Shown here piece by piece: positions 48,835 to 52,352 of a stretch of DNA of 52,352 bases. A model generated the notes under the pieces. That model did not search any database. It saw only the letters and a list, made by a program, of their open reading frames with translations, and had not been told where the DNA came from. Location of the stretch: positions 1-52,352 of IMG/VR virus record IMGVR_UViG_3300023110_001238; one strand, written 5' to 3'. Source of the DNA: a virus. Lineage: Duplodnaviria; Caudoviricetes. The number at the start of each line of letters is the position of its first letter. Position 1 is the first letter of the stretch. The position numbers and the translations under genes are program-made.

Positions 48835-49473
48835 ATGAAATTTGAAAATGCTGAAGATATTAAAAAAGTCTTTGATGAAAAATATTTTGAGGACGGTGTT
48901 CGTAATCGTGTAAGTGCTTATGAGAACTATCGATGGATGCCAGAAAGAACCATACGAGAAGCTTCTTCGATAATAAATAATATTGAATTTGATAATGTAT
49001 TAGATTTTGGTTGTGCAAAAGGTTTTATGGTTTATGCCATGAGATTATTGGGAAAAGATGCACACGGTGTTGATGTATCAGAATATGCTGTTACAAATGG
49101 CCATGAAAAAATTAAACAATATTTAAAAAAAATAGACAATGTTGAAGACATTCAAGGTGGTTGGGATTTAATTATTGCAAAAGATGTATTAGAACATATT
49201 CCAAAAGAAAATATTCCATCCGTATTAGCTGGGTTTAGGCGAAGATGTAAAAACTTATTTGTTGCTGTTCCACTTGGTGATGGTAAAAGATATCGTATTC
49301 GTGAATATGAAATGGATGTAACTCATGTTGTCAGAGAACCAGAAGAATGGTGGTTGACAACTATCGTAGAAGCTGGATTTAAAATCAAATATTTTGATTA
49401 TGAATTTGGTCACCTTAAAGAAAATTGGACACATGACCATCCTCATGGAAATGCGTTCATAGTTGCAGAATAA
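48835..49473 (+). CDS. Class I SAM-dependent methyltransferase
   Basis: VLDFGCAKG, GVDVS, DVLEHIP. Confidence 0.88.
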   Translation: MKFENAEDIKKVFDEKYFEDGVRNRVSAYENYRWMPERTIREASSIINNIEFDNVLDFGCAKGFMVYAMRLLGKDAHGVDVSEYAVTNGHEKIKQYLKKIDNVEDIQGGWDLIIAKDVLEHIPKENIPSVLAGFRRRCKNLFVAVPLGDGKRYRIREYEMDVTHVVREPEEWWLTTIVEAGFKIKYFDYEFGHLKENWTHDHPHGNAFIVAE

Positions 49474-49482
49474 AAGGAAAAA

Positions 49483-50049
49483 ATGGAACATTTTTATACA
49501 ACAATTCATGGATGGTTTGACTTTCAAAATTTATATAGCAAAATGGTGAATATTCATCCAACAGAATCACATTTTATTGAAGTTGGAGCCTATTATGGTA
49601 GAAGTGCCGCTTACATGGCGGTTGAAATAGCAAACAGTGGAAAAAATATTAAGTTTGATGTGATTGATACCTGGCGTGGTAGTCCAGAACACCAAGAAGG
49701 TGGATGGGACCATAGAGAGGATATGGTTAATGATACTGCATATGATGTATTTTTAGAGAACATGAAACCAGCTGAAGGATATTATAATCCAATTAAATCA
49801 GCAAGTCTTGAAGCAGCTAAATTATATGAAGACAGAAGCTTAGACTTTGTCTATATTGATGCTAACCATGAATATGAATCTATTAGAGATGATATTCAGA
49901 CTTGGTTTCCGAAAGTTAAAATTGGCGGTTATATTGGTGGTCATGATTATGTTCGAGGCCAATATGGTGTATATCGTGCCGTTGATGAAAGATTCGGAAC
50001 AGATTTTGAAATGTATGGTGTCTCTTGGTTACATAAAGTAAAATCTTAA
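49483..50049 (+). CDS. Class I SAM-dependent methyltransferase (Methyltransf_24-like)
   Basis: IEVGAYYGRS, IDTW, YIDANH.Y, GG.IGGHDY. Confidence 0.85.
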   Translation: MEHFYTTIHGWFDFQNLYSKMVNIHPTESHFIEVGAYYGRSAAYMAVEIANSGKNIKFDVIDTWRGSPEHQEGGWDHREDMVNDTAYDVFLENMKPAEGYYNPIKSASLEAAKLYEDRSLDFVYIDANHEYESIRDDIQTWFPKVKIGGYIGGHDYVRGQYGVYRAVDERFGTDFEMYGVSWLHKVKS

Positions 50050-50053
50050 ATAT

Positions 50054-50061
50054 TATAAATA
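50054..50061 (+). promoter_or_regulatory. T4-like late promoter (TATAAATA)
   Basis: Exact consensus upstream of the 738-aa gene. Confidence 0.65.
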
Positions 50062-50096
50062 GAAGTAAATATTAATAAACTGCTGTAGAGGCGGGA

Positions 50097-52313
50097 ATGA
50101 AATTTAGAGATTATATACAAGAGGCGCCAGAGCGCCATGCCGTAATGGCTTTTGGTAGGTTACAACCACCAACAACAGGTCATGAGGCTCTAGTCAATAA
50201 AGTTAAAAGTGTAGCAAAACAACATAATGCTAGTCATCATGTCGTTCTATCACATTCTAACGACCCTAAACAAAATCCTCTCTCAGCAAAACAAAAAGTT
50301 AAACACGCTAGACGATTTTTTCCACATACAAATATAACAACATCATCTAGCAGTCACCCAAACTTTTTAAAACAAGCAGAAAAGTTACATAAAAGTGGTG
50401 TGACACACTTACATATGGTTGCAGGTTCAGATAGAACAGGTGAATATCATAAGTTATTAAACAAATACAACGGCACCCACAAAGGCGCATTGTTTAATTT
50501 CAAAGGTATTCGAGTTCATTCTGCCGGACAAAGAGACCCCGATGCACCTGGTATTTCAGGTATGTCTGGTTCTAAATTGCGTTCTCATGCAGCTAAAGGT
50601 AATTTTAATGAATTTAAAAAAGGTGTTCCACGCCATGTGCCTGAACACCATGCAAAAGAACTTTTTCATGACTTGAGAAAAGGTATGAACATTAAAGAAG
50701 ACATTGATATTAATTTTGAGTTTGAAGAACTTCTATCTGAAGGAGTTCATGATAAAGGAATATTTAAAGCTGTATTTTTGGCAGGTGGTCCTGGCTCAGG
50801 TAAAGATTATGTTTTAGCAAACACACTACAAGGCCATGGTTTAACAGAAATCAATTCAGACAAAGCATTTGAATATCTTTTAGATAAAAATAAAATATCT
50901 AAAGTGATGTTAAATCCAGATCCTAGTGAAACAGAAAAAAGAAACTTTGTTCGTGGTCGTGCAAAAAACATAACAGAGTTAAAACAAAAACTTGCATTGA
51001 TGGGTAGAAATGGTTTAATCATCAATGGTACAGGCGAAGACCTTGATAAGATTAGAAGAATTAAAGGCGCTCTTGACCAATTAGGTTATGATTCAGCTAT
51101 GATTATGGTGAATACGGCTGATGAAGTATCTAAACAACGAAATGTAGAACGAGGTCAAAATGGTGGCCGAACTATTCCAGAAGATATCAGAAAACAAAAA
51201 TGGGATGGAGTTCAAAAGGCTAGACCAGTATTTGCAGAATTGTTTGGTGACAAATACATGGAGTTTGATAATTCGGAAGACTTAAGAAAAGCTGGTCCTG
51301 ATGTGGTCAAACAGAAAAAAGATGAGATGAATCAAATATTTGATTATGTGAGTAAGTTTGTTGAAGAACAACCACAATCACCACGCTCACAAAAATGGAT
51401 TGCAAAAGAACTACAAGCAAAAGATAAAACAGCTTCACTTAAACAAATGCCTGATACTGGACAAGAAGCTCATCCAAACTCAAAAGCAAAAGAAGAAGCT
51501 GGACGACTTGGTTTAGAATACTACGGCTTTGGTCGATATGGTAAAGATGGTGCGGTGACACACCGTGTTGTTGGTGATACTTTAGTTCAAGTTGTAAAAA
51601 ATGAAATTGAACCTAAGATGGAGAAAAAAGTTAATGAGCAGTTTGAGGAATTCTTAAACGAGCAAGTATCGGTTACAATTACCGGTGATAATGCTGATGA
51701 AGTTTCTAAAATGATTAAGAAACTCAAAGCGGATGAAGAAGAACAGGAAGAAGTTGAAGAACATTATGCTTTATCAGAACCAGATGCAAGAACATTATTA
51801 ACTTTTAGAAGAGAATACAAATTAAACGAAGATTTAAGAAATTGGTTTAATCCAAATCATCCAGATGGTGGTTGGAAAAGAATTGATTCAAAAGGTAATG
51901 TCAAAGGTGATTGTGCAAGAGAACCTGGCGAACCCAAACCAAAATGTATGAGCAATAAAAAGCGTTCTTTATTAACACCTAAAGAAAGAGCCAATGCTGT
52001 TAAAGTTAAACGCAAACATGATCCTGTTGCTGACAGAAAAGGTAAAGGTGGAAAACCAGTTAATGTTTCTAACTTTGGTAAAGGTAAAATATCAGAATCA
52101 ATTGACAAAGGAACAGAAGTGGGTATTTCAATGGCAGCTTCTGGTGAAAATTTAGTTAGACCAAATACACAATCTAACAAAGCTAAGAAAAAACCATTTG
52201 AATCTTATACTGCTGATGCTGGAACAGAATCACTATCAGCACAAAAACAAGGCGAATTAAAAAGACGAGGTATTGATTTAATTTCATTTAGAGCAAAGAG
52301 GCCAATAGGATGA
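50097..52313 (+). CDS. Multidomain protein: HIGH-type nucleotidyltransferase + P-loop kinase + unknown C-terminal modules
   Basis: FGRLQPPTTGH ... VAGSDR ... MSGSKLR; LAGGPGSGKD ... INSD ... RN..R; N-terminus MKFRDYIQE. Confidence 0.75.
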   Translation: MKFRDYIQEAPERHAVMAFGRLQPPTTGHEALVNKVKSVAKQHNASHHVVLSHSNDPKQNPLSAKQKVKHARRFFPHTNITTSSSSHPNFLKQAEKLHKSGVTHLHMVAGSDRTGEYHKLLNKYNGTHKGALFNFKGIRVHSAGQRDPDAPGISGMSGSKLRSHAAKGNFNEFKKGVPRHVPEHHAKELFHDLRKGMNIKEDIDINFEFEELLSEGVHDKGIFKAVFLAGGPGSGKDYVLANTLQGHGLTEINSDKAFEYLLDKNKISKVMLNPDPSETEKRNFVRGRAKNITELKQKLALMGRNGLIINGTGEDLDKIRRIKGALDQLGYDSAMIMVNTADEVSKQRNVERGQNGGRTIPEDIRKQKWDGVQKARPVFAELFGDKYMEFDNSEDLRKAGPDVVKQKKDEMNQIFDYVSKFVEEQPQSPRSQKWIAKELQAKDKTASLKQMPDTGQEAHPNSKAKEEAGRLGLEYYGFGRYGKDGAVTHRVVGDTLVQVVKNEIEPKMEKKVNEQFEEFLNEQVSVTITGDNADEVSKMIKKLKADEEEQEEVEEHYALSEPDARTLLTFRREYKLNEDLRNWFNPNHPDGGWKRIDSKGNVKGDCAREPGEPKPKCMSNKKRSLLTPKERANAVKVKRKHDPVADRKGKGGKPVNVSNFGKGKISESIDKGTEVGISMAASGENLVRPNTQSNKAKKKPFESYTADAGTESLSAQKQGELKRRGIDLISFRAKRPIG

Positions 52314-52352
52314 TTAACTTTAAACAATTTATTTCAGAAGACTGGCAGAAAG
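52310..52352 (+). CDS. Start of next ORF (3'-truncated)
   Basis: ATGA overlap; MINFKQFISEDWQK. Confidence 0.55.
   Translation, partial: MINFKQFISEDWQK

Noticed and set aside
50079-50096. Small GC-rich hairpin before the 738-aa gene (CTGCT-GTAGA-GGCGG)
   Set aside because: Short and G-U dependent; cannot be supported without homologues
4182-52180. Minus-strand and alternative-frame ORFs in the ORF track (e.g. 4182-4559, 7451-7966, 22873-23280, 41488-41823, 51857-52180)
   Set aside because: Fully overlap well-supported + strand genes, lack RBS and motifs; shadow ORFs
1-52352. CRISPR array, introns/inteins, IS elements, alternative genetic code
   Set aside because: No repeat-spacer periodicity seen; gp17, gp20, gp23, gp41, gp43 and gp46 are of normal length and uninterrupted under the standard code

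Overview
52 kb, AT-rich segment of a T4-like myovirus (marine/freshwater pelagiphage/cyanophage-type gene order), essentially all genes on the + strand. It covers the virion module (tail-fibre-like gene, gp13-gp23, gp3), the recombination/replication core (uvsY, uvsW, gp55, gp47, gp46, gp45, gp44, gp62, regA, gp43, uvsX, gp41) and accessory genes (Dps, peptide deformylase, CobS/CobT-like pair, Hsp20, M15 peptidase, cytidylyltransferase, 2OG-Fe hydroxylase, a glycan-tailoring cluster, putative capsid-internal enzymes). Features absent from the ORF track include: a 23-aa PqqA precursor peptide of Methylophilaceae type (suggesting a methylotroph host such as OM43/Methylopumilus) with a structured leader; a shortened, non-canonical tRNA-Gly-like RNA directly behind a DUF4338/DruA-like gene (one of two paralogues), which I propose may be a dedicated glycyl donor for tRNA-dependent DNA modification; a ROSE-like thermometer before hsp20; an H-type pseudoknot leader; a perfect antisense sigma70 promoter before gp55; and two small ORFs (a lipoprotein and a YdcH/DUF465-like protein). 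All calls come from motif and synteny recognition by eye; no database searches were run.
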